Made by a program: the position numbers and the translations under genes. This document shows, piece by piece, positions 51,742-61,814 of a DNA stretch of 64,000 bases (position 1 is the first letter of the stretch; every line of letters begins with the position of its first letter). This DNA is from Paraphysomonas bandaiensis (lineage: Eukaryota > Protista > Chrysophyceae): assembly GCA_965644295.1 (NCBI GenBank), contig CBFFRP010000297.1, positions 1 through 64,000 on the forward strand, read 5' to 3'. The notes under the pieces are model-generated. The model did no database searches and was not told the origin of the DNA. It was given only the letters and a program-made list of their open reading frames with translations.

Positions 51742-52143
51742 ATGTCAATGGATAATTCTCCTGTTAATATTGATGATGATGAGTTAATTGGAGTGGTTGA
51801 AGACTGCTGTGCTTATGCTGAATTGCAAATAGCCCTTCAAAAAGAATTGTCTAAAGGCTTCTTTTTTATGGCTAAAGCAAGAAAAAATACAAACAGAATT
51901 AATTCAGTGGATTGTCGAGATGAGATGGAAACAAATTTCAGAGTAGAGTTGGAGGACAGTGGTGAATGTACTCAGTGGGTTTCTAAGCCTAAAGTCGACC
52001 CCTTGTTGTATGTATCTGCACTACCCCCTCCTGATTTGCGTCATTGCCAAAAGTCATTTGAGAGAGCAACAGGAACTATTATTGCGCTAGTGTCAAAAAT
52101 AAATCGTATTAAACAGCGTATGAAGCCCAACGCATCTGAGTGA
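51742..52143 (+). CDS. V-ATPase assembly factor VMA22/CCDC115-like
   Basis: LQKELSKGFFFMAKAR and DPLLYVSALPPPDLRHCQKSF match the two conserved blocks of the family. Confidence 0.7.
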   Translation: MSMDNSPVNIDDDELIGVVEDCCAYAELQIALQKELSKGFFFMAKARKNTNRINSVDCRDEMETNFRVELEDSGECTQWVSKPKVDPLLYVSALPPPDLRHCQKSFERATGTIIALVSKINRIKQRMKPNASE

Positions 52144-52842
52144 TTTTGTAGATAGAATGAATTTCGATTTCTGAGTCATTATATAATTAAATATAGCATT
52201 TTCTTCCTACTATTATTAAAATTAGGGAAATTTTCATTCCTTTGTCCTTTGCTAACAGTACTTTATACTCAATATACGACACGAATTCACGTTTAGTTCG
52301 CATGATCATGAAATTCATTACCTAATAATTTCACAGGTCGTCTACCAGTAAATTATACTAGTAGTGACATTTAGACAGATGTAAATACAATAAGTAAGAA
52401 AGATATTGTGACTACAAGAATAAAAAAGTGATGAGTAATGAGTGAATACTGATGTACATCATAACATTATTAACTATCACGTGTAATTGAGCAGTTAGAT
52501 ATATAACTGACGATGACGATCATGAATCTTCAACAGATGCTATGATTTCAGTTTGTGGGCGGTTTGTGATAATTTAATTGAACACTATAATAAATATGTA
52601 CTATCTTATATTAATATGGATCTTAATATAGGGCCAATTTACCTACGACACTTTGCTTTCACACATAACTTCGCTCGCAAGCATATGTATTCAACTAGGG
52701 CAGTTGTTTCCAACGAACATATACACCCTATCCTACAAAAGAAGTAATGTCAATAGAACTAATCATATTTCAATTACATATGTTCATACTAATCGTAAGC
52801 TAATAACATCTAGAGCACAACAACAAGTGTTGAAGCATACTT

Positions 52843-53883
52843 CTAAGACGATGCAAAGAGAGAATATACTGGACACACTCTGTCATCTGCTGAGGGGCCT
52901 ACTTCAGAGTAACGACGCCGCCGAAAGACAGCAAAATGCTTTCTCCCTCTCATTCGCTCCACCTTTTTCCCTTCCTCCGTCTCATTTATCATCGCTTTTA
53001 CTGCAGGATCATTCTCGAGAACTTCATCATCATCCAACCTTTCGAAACATGGATGCGCTGTACATTTCTCAACGTGCCAAAGGTGCAGCTCTTCTACATC
53101 CGTGATAGTGTAAAGCCTGGCATCTTCGGCCAGGAGGTACGCATATTCCGAGAGCATTGCCTCACTTACTATTCGACGACGGTGATTTTTTGCCTTAAAG
53201 TGAGGATCCGGAAAACAGAAAAATATTTTTTCTATCTGTGTGATATTTACGTTATACATTTTACTTTACAGACAATGTGCCAACCTGTCCTTTGTTGAAG
53301 TAATTAGGAAGGTAACGCATACAGTTTGTCCTGAACATGATGGTATAAGAAAATGGATATAATTATTACTCTGTGTATACCGAAAGCACGATGCATTCTC
53401 ATACGCAGTCCCTCCACTCTCACTGCGCAATGCCTCAATTCTCAGTCGCACGTATTCACATACCTTCACAATGTTATAGAAGTACACCGGTACTGTTGTT
53501 GTGTTCGTACCTTAGCTCGAATTTCCAACCCCAGCACAACCTTTGAAGGAAAGAGAGCAGATAGAGCTACAGTTAAACCTCCGAATCCACAACCCACATC
53601 AAGAAACCTTACCACACTTCAAAAAAATCATATGGTCACATTGAAATATCTCGATATCCACTTACGGATTAGAAATGTTGGGGTAATGTTGTGTCCAATC
53701 CATTTCAGCGGGAGATAAAGGATAATCAAACCCATTATTATGAGATAACTATATGTAACACTTTAGTTCTTTGGAAATATCTCAGAAGCATGTTATTACC
53801 GGGTTACAATGGGCACGAGACCTATAAAACTTTTTCTGTGGAAGTTTTGCAACAACTTCATTATCTGATATTGTCCTCTTCAT
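52843..53883 (-). CDS. TRM8: tRNA (guanine-N7)-methyltransferase, multi-exon
   Basis: PQKKFYRSRAHCNP, FLDVGCGFGGL, LGLEIR, FFCFPDPHFKAKNHRRRI, YTITDVEELH.W, TEEGKKVER. Confidence 0.95.
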
Positions 53884-54337
53884 TCCTTAACAGTTACTTC
53901 TGATGATCTTATACAAAACTCGGTATGAGTAAAATAGTCTATATATAATGCAGTGGATATGATGTTATCCATACAGTTATTTCTACTATGTATGGAGTAT
54001 ATGGCATTCATCACATCACCACCACCCAAACTACTGAACTTATCTTACTTGTACGTGTAGGTACTTATAAAACAGGAGTTTGATGTGTGTGTATATAAAA
54101 TACTTGATTTTTATGTGAAATATCATTTTTTGAGATGCATACTCTGCTGTACATATCCATATACTGTACGTAGCAGTTTGGACTGACAACTGTGTATGTA
54201 TGTACAGTATCATATTCTTGTATGTGTCCATATCTATACTACGAACATATACATACTTCTATATATTGATATGATTGCTATACGATTCTCGAGTTAATTG
54301 ATTCTTATCTCAAAGTATTCATATCTCTAGTGTGTTC

Positions 54338-55795
54338 ATGCCGCCAAAAGCAAAGAAAAGACGAACTAAATCAAGAACAAGTGAATCAAGTCATACAAAC
54401 AAATGGGATGAATACTATAAAAAAATAGATCGTTTACTTCTAGCAATAATACGGGCAGAACATGCCATCAATGTATACAGCTACAACCCCATGTGCACAA
54501 GTGTGGTATTGACATCGGAGATCTCTAAGCAACAACAGCATATATTAAGTTCGAAGTTGGCAGTTACTGAGGTATTAAAATCACTAGACTCTGAAAATGC
54601 CGACGATACACGGTACAGTGAATTAGGATATGAATCCGACAACTCTATTGATGTCCAAAACATCGATTGCTCTCGATGTAATCTTCCCGACACAGAAGGA
54701 AATGATATTTTATTATGTGATAAGATTGGCTGCAATCGAGCGTATCATCAGGAGTGTTTAGACCCTCCTTTGCTGAGTATGGACTTTAAAGGATCTGATG
54801 GCTTAGCAGATGCTGACGAAGACTGGTTTTGCTGGCAATGTGACTGTATTGACAAATGCATCGATTTAATTAATGATAGGATGAGTACTAAATACTCATG
54901 TATTGGAGATGTCTTCAAGGAAGAGTTAGCAACACTTGATGGGTCTGATAAAGCCTGTGGGATTGAGGAGAGTGACTCAGATGATTCCGATTATTCTGAA
55001 AATAACCATGACGTTTTGAGCGTTGCTTCGTCTTCAGGATCCTCTTGTGATGGTGAAAGGGGTAGAAGTAAGCTCATGGAAAAGGTTTCTGATTCTGAAG
55101 TAGAAGGTCTGCTGGCCGAAAGTGGATGTGACGGCGTGATGAATTCACGGAGCCGAAGAAGAATTAAAACGGTATTAGGATGCGATGTGACTCCGGAAGA
55201 AGTGGTGATAGGACACGGAATTGCGCGGGTGCGAGCCGGATACCTCTACACAGGTGAAGTATTGGAAGAGTTAAGTGGTACAAAGGAGCACATGTGGAAA
55301 GTTTCGTTTGCCGATGATAGTGATGCAATCCTTAACTGGTCATCCCTTAGGTTTTATTATATTTGTTGTCTGGTTGTATTTCCCAGTGATATACCTGCAG
55401 GGACGCTATACAGTTGCGTGCTGAGTATGACCTAAAATGGGAACAGAAAGAATTGGAGGAGAGTCGCGAAGCCGATCAGGTACGTATATAAGGCATTATA
55501 CAACTCGCCTTTAATTAGTTTCTAGAAACGGGAAAATTCTTTAAGCCTAGTTCTCAACCATAAGCGCTTTCGACCTTCGGTAGATTACGTAAAACTGAAT
55601 GAAGCGGTTAGTTTATTGAACATGATAACGTGTTCGTATGGTGACTCTTCTTTTCAGCTTTTTGGGGACTCAGTAGATACATCTGCTACAGGTAAAAGCG
55701 AGGTGGAGTTGATGCCTGCATCATCTAGAAGAAAGAAGAAAGCTGTAGAGAGTGTGAAGACCAGAAAGAAGAGGAAAATCAAACACCGAAGTTAG
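54338..55795 (+). CDS. PHD-finger chromatin protein, plant PRH/HAT3.1-like, with Tudor-like segment, multi-exon
   Basis: CSRC..NDILLCD..CNRAYHQECLDPPL..WFCWQCDC; acidic tract; WKVSFADD; RPSVDYVKLNEA|LFG; basic NLS-like ends. Confidence 0.8.
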
Positions 55796-55900
55796 ACACT
55801 TCATAATCGTCATGCGACGTCGATTACTAATTTTGTATTGGGATGTAATAATGTTAAAATGCTTATTCTATTATATACTATATATAGTATGTGCTTTAGT

Positions 55901-57281
55901 CAGGGCCTGGTATCCGATAATGGTAATGCCATTATAATTGCCAGGAACTGGACTACCATTAATGGAATGTACTGGTACTTGATATATGATTATATGATAT
56001 ATATAGAACTAAGTGAAATCTAAACATGTTAAACCATGTTTATGCAACTCTATAGCTACTTTGTGTCGACTTTATTCATTACCAGCGGCAAACTTAATGT
56101 TGTAAGAGTTAAATTATAGTTTCCTGAGCAACAGCATAGCAAATTACTCATACTCAAGAACTCTAAAAAAGCTTTGAAAATATGCATATTTCACTTAGAA
56201 AGCATTGCTTCATAAAAGTATTTTCTGTTGAGTTCTGCAATACGATGTGATATATATTGTGCAATTGAAGTGAGTTAACAGTGTGCAATTATAGGTAAAG
56301 TCAACTCATAGGTGTAACGGGTGATTATAGTTACAAAGGAATTAAATTCAGTTACTGATGTGTGACTATACAAGATATAGAACTGACTGATGAACATATG
56401 ATAAACAGATGTTGCTATAAGAACAGATGTTTCAACATATGTTACTCGAATATGTAGTGAAGTGTTCAGAATAATAATCATAATTTCTTACTTGAAAGTG
56501 CATTGTGTTCAACAGCAAGGTTACGGTTTACGCGTAGAGCAAAGTTAACTTCAGTGAAATGTCCAAATGTTTCAAAGTTGAAAGAAGCTACAGTACACAA
56601 ATACACCACTAAACTAAAGTAATTATACTCTGTACTTATACCATATATAAGCAATAAGCAACATTGATGGCCAGAAAAGTTGATGGCAGTGTAATTCAGT
56701 CTTCTTCCGAGTGAATCGCAAAACCACCGAGTCACCTTCCTTCGTTCGGGTTTTATGTTTGTTTTCTGAAACTAAGCGAGCAAACTGACATTCTTTGATG
56801 AAAGTTCTAAAGACTTTTACGAATGCCACCAATTTGCTCTCACCCGACAGCAATCACGACATAAGTGCAGGAATGGATTTTTGGTGTTGTTGTTGAGAGG
56901 CTCGCTCTGTAGTCATGCGAAAGTTGATTATGACACCTGAGCGTAGAAACATGAATACATGTTGTCTAGAATAGTTGCTATTTCTACGAGCCAATAACAT
57001 GTCGTTGTGAGATGCTTATGCTATCATGAAGCCCTGTAGGAAGTTCCTAATGTGCAAGTGGAAAATGTATTTACGATTCCTAGTCTGTTTTTACTCTAAA
57101 TTACAGTAGTAATTAAAAGAGCATAACATCATCTATTATGAGCGTATTATCTACTTAGATATTAATGACCATTAAAATTTGCCGGGATATTTTTCATTAA
57201 TGCCAATATAATTGCCGGTAACTGGAATGCCATTAATGGTTAATGGGCCATTAGCCATTAGTGGTTACGAGGCAGGCCCTG
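55901..57281. mobile_element. Non-autonomous hAT-like TIR element
   Basis: Left end CAGGGCCTGGTATCC; right end reverse complement CAGGGCCTG(CCTC)GTAACC; imperfect flanking duplication (G)CTTTAGT / CTTTGAGT; subterminal TAATGG/CCATTA repeats; right end also at 23765-23914. Confidence 0.65.
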
Positions 57282-57291
57282 CTTTGAGTGA

Positions 57292-57463
57292 TAGAGCGAA
57301 AGTGGGTGCACCTTGGTGCTTGCGGCTTGTGGTGACGCACAAGGATATTTCGTAGCGCTAAATATAGTAGGATATCAGCGTTGAGCACTAGTTCGTTTAA
57401 TTGTTTTGCTAAATTAATTCTGACTCTTAGACGCCTATTGCTAAAAATAAGATATTCACTACT
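57292..57463 (+). repeat. Diverged LINE-tail/SINE-like copy
   Basis: GCACCTTGGTGCTTG..GTGA..CGCACAAG, CGCCTATTGCTAAAAATAAG, ending CACTACTA. Confidence 0.7.
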
Positions 57464-57713
57464 AGAAGCTTTGCTTCCACTTTTTTGCCTTCACCTCCTG
57501 AGTACTAATCATACATTGCTTTGCCTATATGTCTATATGTTATGATTTATTGATTATCAATAAACGGTATCAAATGACTACGCCTATGTATGCTTTCAAC
57601 ATAATGAAGGAATTCCACATGATTATCTTTGATTTATTATTACAGAACCATCATTTAACGGTAATATTAAAATTACTCAATGAGTTACTACGTCAGATGT
57701 AGACACTTATTTT

Positions 57714-58604
57714 TTAGCCCTTATACGGAAGGCAGTTTACAATATTAGAACATGGGTTTTGAATGCTAGCAGGCCATGTATGTGAATTGGAATCAAGCAT
57801 CCATTCAAATGGCGTACCAGTTAACTCTGCCACAACACGTTTATAAACTTCTGGAGGCAGTCTCTTCTCAAATGACTCATGGAGTAGGTCAGAACTCACA
57901 GTCACTTGCTTGGTATGAGTCTGACATGTATGATTAAGACTGAAACCAATCTTTGCAAGTCCCGCCGCAATTTTGTTAACAGCGTTGCAAGTGAAATATG
58001 CTGAATCTATGAAGTCCAACTCTACAATAGGCATTCCAAGAATTTTTGCCTCAACAAAACCAACTTCGAGTAGCAAAAAATGCTCAATCAATTCATTCAA
58101 AGTAAAATTCTGGAGACGAAATAAATTGTGGCTCAGTTCAAATGCAGATACTAAGGTTTCAAGCACGTTTTGACGACGATTAACAACGACGAGATCTATT
58201 CCAGTCTTCTTCGCTAAACGCATCAACCTCTGTACACACTCCAATCCAGAAAAATTCGTCCCACAAAAAGATTCACTCGCTGGTTGGTTTGGTTTGACCT
58301 GAACAAATAAGGAGGCATCGGTGTCGAAACACTTTGTGAAAGAATCAGTCGTAAGACGCGCACTCGAAAACGTCTCAGGGCGACCACGAAATGACATACC
58401 CAGTGATTCCGCTGCAGAAAAGGAGAGTGTGGTGGATGCGGATCTACCGTGTGACCATAGAAGTATGTTGAATGTACCATTCGAGACAACTCTGGAACTA
58501 GGCAACGCCTTATACACATTGTCGAAATCGAAGCGAAGCGCATAAATATTAATAGCAAGAGTGCCCAGCACAACAAGACAAAACAAATGAGGATACACTG
58601 TCAT
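57714..58604 (-). CDS. Sulfotransferase-like protein with N-terminal signal/anchor
   Basis: 5'-PSB-like LLWSHGRSASTTL and 3'-PB-like VVNRRQNVLETLVS; single exon. Confidence 0.65.
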   Translation of the reverse strand: MTVYPHLFCLVVLGTLAINIYALRFDFDNVYKALPSSRVVSNGTFNILLWSHGRSASTTLSFSAAESLGMSFRGRPETFSSARLTTDSFTKCFDTDASLFVQVKPNQPASESFCGTNFSGLECVQRLMRLAKKTGIDLVVVNRRQNVLETLVSAFELSHNLFRLQNFTLNELIEHFLLLEVGFVEAKILGMPIVELDFIDSAYFTCNAVNKIAAGLAKIGFSLNHTCQTHTKQVTVSSDLLHESFEKRLPPEVYKRVVAELTGTPFEWMLDSNSHTWPASIQNPCSNIVNCLPYKG

Positions 58605-60197
58605 CACTAACTTGTAGTTAATATATATAATGTCCGTTAGTTGCTGAGCTCCTCATATATCTGACTGAGCTGAAGGGGATTCATTAGCAGTTTACTATGA
58701 CTGAGTCAGTTTATGTAATATAATAATCTTAATTTTTTAGGCTCATCATCTATAAATCCTATTTTTTGGGGATTTGGTCTGCTGTATACGCTGATAAGCA
58801 GACCGAAAAATGTATTGCCATGTACAGCAGTCAGTGGATCAAATGAATTTTTTTACTGGACGGATGGTGTCAAGTTTTCATGCGGTTTATCCCAATATTA
58901 ACCTACCACTGCTTATGATTGGCTGAGACATCAGAATAACGACGATATAGAGATCAGCTCAGGGAATATCACAATCACTCCTGGAAACAGAGTGAAGAAG
59001 ATATTTGACAATACCGCTCTTAGTTACGTGCAACCAGTCATTGCGAGGTATATTACAGAGCGACATATCAGTGTGAATGATACGAAGAAGAACAGGGATC
59101 GACTTGGATTACACGGAACAGAACAGAATATAAAACAATCTGGTATTAGAAACACTCATTAGTTTGTAGGAAAGAAGTTCATACTTAGGCCTGACTCTAT
59201 ACTAATATGGTATCAAAACAGCAGCTGCGAGAGTATTGAAAAGATAGAATATGATAACTACCCCCCAAAGTACTCTAAGCTGATATCGTCAGTCTACGTT
59301 CAACTTCAATGCTCGTCGACAGTCTGAAAACTGAAGTCTAAACTCTTTCGCTGATAGCTGCATGTTCTTATTATTCTTATTTCTATATGTTCCATCCTTA
59401 ACCCACAAGTAGATTTTTACAAATCCATGTTAGAATTGAACAACACTACGTTAACCTTGGTCGACACGTAAAACTTAACCTTTCTTTGATGCACACAGAC
59501 TTTTAAGAAATATTATCACTATTAATCCCAACACTTCACAACATATTCACCAGTCATTCGTATATCTTATATAGTCAGAGATTAGTAACTGAAAAAATAA
59601 TTCCTTTGCAACTATATCCACCCGCTACACTTATGAGTTGATTTACCTTCTGCACAATATATAATATATATCACATCATACAGAAGAACTGAACATAAGG
59701 ACATGAGCATAAATCAACAAAAAATATGATTGGAAATACAGCGAAGAAACGAAATACTATATACTTATATCGTAGCCATGGTAACAGCTGTTTCAACTCT
59801 ATTGCTCCCTCTCCACACATGTAAAGTATGCCGAATGTTTAGATATTATTCGTTATTACGGAGCCTTCTGTATACGATCCGGGATAGCTAATCGTAAGCA
59901 ATATTGTATTTAATTTATCGACGGCGGAAGTGACAAACAGATTAACTTAACCTTCGACTTATGCAAGAGTAGTTGGATTTGAATTATAGTAAGGCTAGTC
60001 TACTTTGAAAACCTTTGGTTGGATAATAAGTACACTCTGAAAAAGTCCAAAGTATTTCAGAGGTGATACATCAGTCAATCGTTAATATCTTTATTACTTG
60101 CCGAGTCTATTCTATTCCACTCATAAACACTAATATCATTACTGTAATAGAGTACTGGCGTGCCAAAATATATAAAAAATGAAATACATGCATTCTA

Positions 60198-61313
60198 TTA
60201 CTTTCTGTGACGGCACTCCACTTCGAATGACTCAAGGCACTCTGACATCGCGGAGTAAGCGGCTTGGACTTTCTCAGAGTCGACAGGTTTTGCCTGAACA
60301 AAGCGGTCAAAATCGGCAACAACAGACGGGCATATAATGGAGGCGTTGCATCTCTGCAAGGCAACAGCTGCAGCTCCGCACTTCTCCTCCGAGTCGCAGG
60401 TGGAGAGAGCACTTTTTTCTTTTTCACACTTCGTCTTTATTTGTTCCCACATTGCATTGATCTCTGCAACCCTAGTCTTCTCCGCAGTCAAAAGCTTTGC
60501 AGGGGCAAAAAATGGGGGTGGGTTATAGATAGAATTCCCTTTCACTTGGGCGAGAGGCATCCGAAAAGCACGGTCTGCGAGAGCCTCTGGTGTGTCAATT
60601 GCCGGTCGCACGTCCACGAATATAGAATGCATCGCGTTCGGGTCGGAGAGATTCGGTAGCTTGTCGCGATTTACCTGGCTCTCATCGTGGTAATAGTCGA
60701 TCACATATCGCACCTCCTGCCCACCACGATCTACTATCCAGTCGTGTCTATCGAAAGGGGCAGGGTGCCCAAATATGGTTTTGAGCCATGCCTTCGGTGA
60801 AAGTTCATCTGGGCGTCCCATAAACCGCAATAGTTTCGGCTCTCTGCCCTCTTCTGTAACAGGGTGCAGACTCTCCCAGGCCATCACTTGCTGCCACGTA
60901 TTTTCGTTCATGTTATTGTGGATAGCGACAACGGTGTCCATGTCTCTCTCTGTAGCCCCATCTGACTTCCCTTTCCTTACAAGAGCATTCCAAAACATTT
61001 GAGGTGATGGGTATGCCCATGTATCGTCATCTGTCCCCCCTTTGGGGATGTGGGATTTGACCCTATCGGTACTCAGGGGATGTTGCTGACTGGGGGCTTG
61101 TTGTTGATTAGCCTGAGAAGGCATCTGATTTCTAGGATCAATAACCTGACTATATACATTGTATTGATTCGAATTCTTATACTTTCCTTGACGAACAGGA
61201 CATCCGTCTTCTACAGAGGTCGAGGGTTTTCCTTCCATAGGACAGCCTGATCCCGCCTCAGGTCTGTTTACCTCAACACTTTTATCTTTCAATGATGATT
61301 CCGAGTTTCCCAT
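60198..61313 (-). CDS. HCCS: Holocytochrome c synthase (cytochrome c heme lyase) with C-terminal Cys-rich extension
   Basis: CPM/CPV heme-regulatory motifs; WAYPSPQMFWNAL.RKG; IHNNMNE.TW; PFDRHDW.VDR..EVRYVIDYY; VDVRPA. Confidence 0.96.
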   Translation of the reverse strand: MGNSESSLKDKSVEVNRPEAGSGCPMEGKPSTSVEDGCPVRQGKYKNSNQYNVYSQVIDPRNQMPSQANQQQAPSQQHPLSTDRVKSHIPKGGTDDDTWAYPSPQMFWNALVRKGKSDGATERDMDTVVAIHNNMNENTWQQVMAWESLHPVTEEGREPKLLRFMGRPDELSPKAWLKTIFGHPAPFDRHDWIVDRGGQEVRYVIDYYHDESQVNRDKLPNLSDPNAMHSIFVDVRPAIDTPEALADRAFRMPLAQVKGNSIYNPPPFFAPAKLLTAEKTRVAEINAMWEQIKTKCEKEKSALSTCDSEEKCGAAAVALQRCNASIICPSVVADFDRFVQAKPVDSEKVQAAYSAMSECLESFEVECRHRK

Positions 61314-61814
61314 TATGATCTGCTACAAGTAATAAGTTGTAGTAGAATAAAATGTAGATGAGTTTACGGTTAACTCCTTACAGTAGAGTGTCATCGAACT
61401 GTTCCAGTGTTGCAGCATATATATATACGAAATGAATGGTCTTACTTGTATATGAACCTCCCCACCTCATCACAGTATTTTATTGGTATCAGAAATGCGA
61501 GTTTTTACCAATTTTTATTCTCGAAAACCCTACCTTTTTGGTCCACTGCTCATCGATCAATATAAAATCACGAGCAGCAGATAATCATATGCATATAATA
61601 CGAAGTCACCACTGTATGCGTATACAATTGTATATATAGAGTACTGTACATTCCAGGATATTTTATGTGGTCGAGATTATCCACATGATTTACCACCTGA
61701 CTTGTGGAGTTGTTATTCTATTGGTCGTCAAGCCTCACTTCATACTTCACAAGACAATACTGCTAAGCATTGTCCTAACTACCATTACACACATATATAT
61801 CTAGTTTATTTATT

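Noticed and set aside
56478-56853. Transposase gene inside the hAT-like element
   Set aside because: Only a VTRW tetrapeptide; no DDE or dimerisation domain recognisable.
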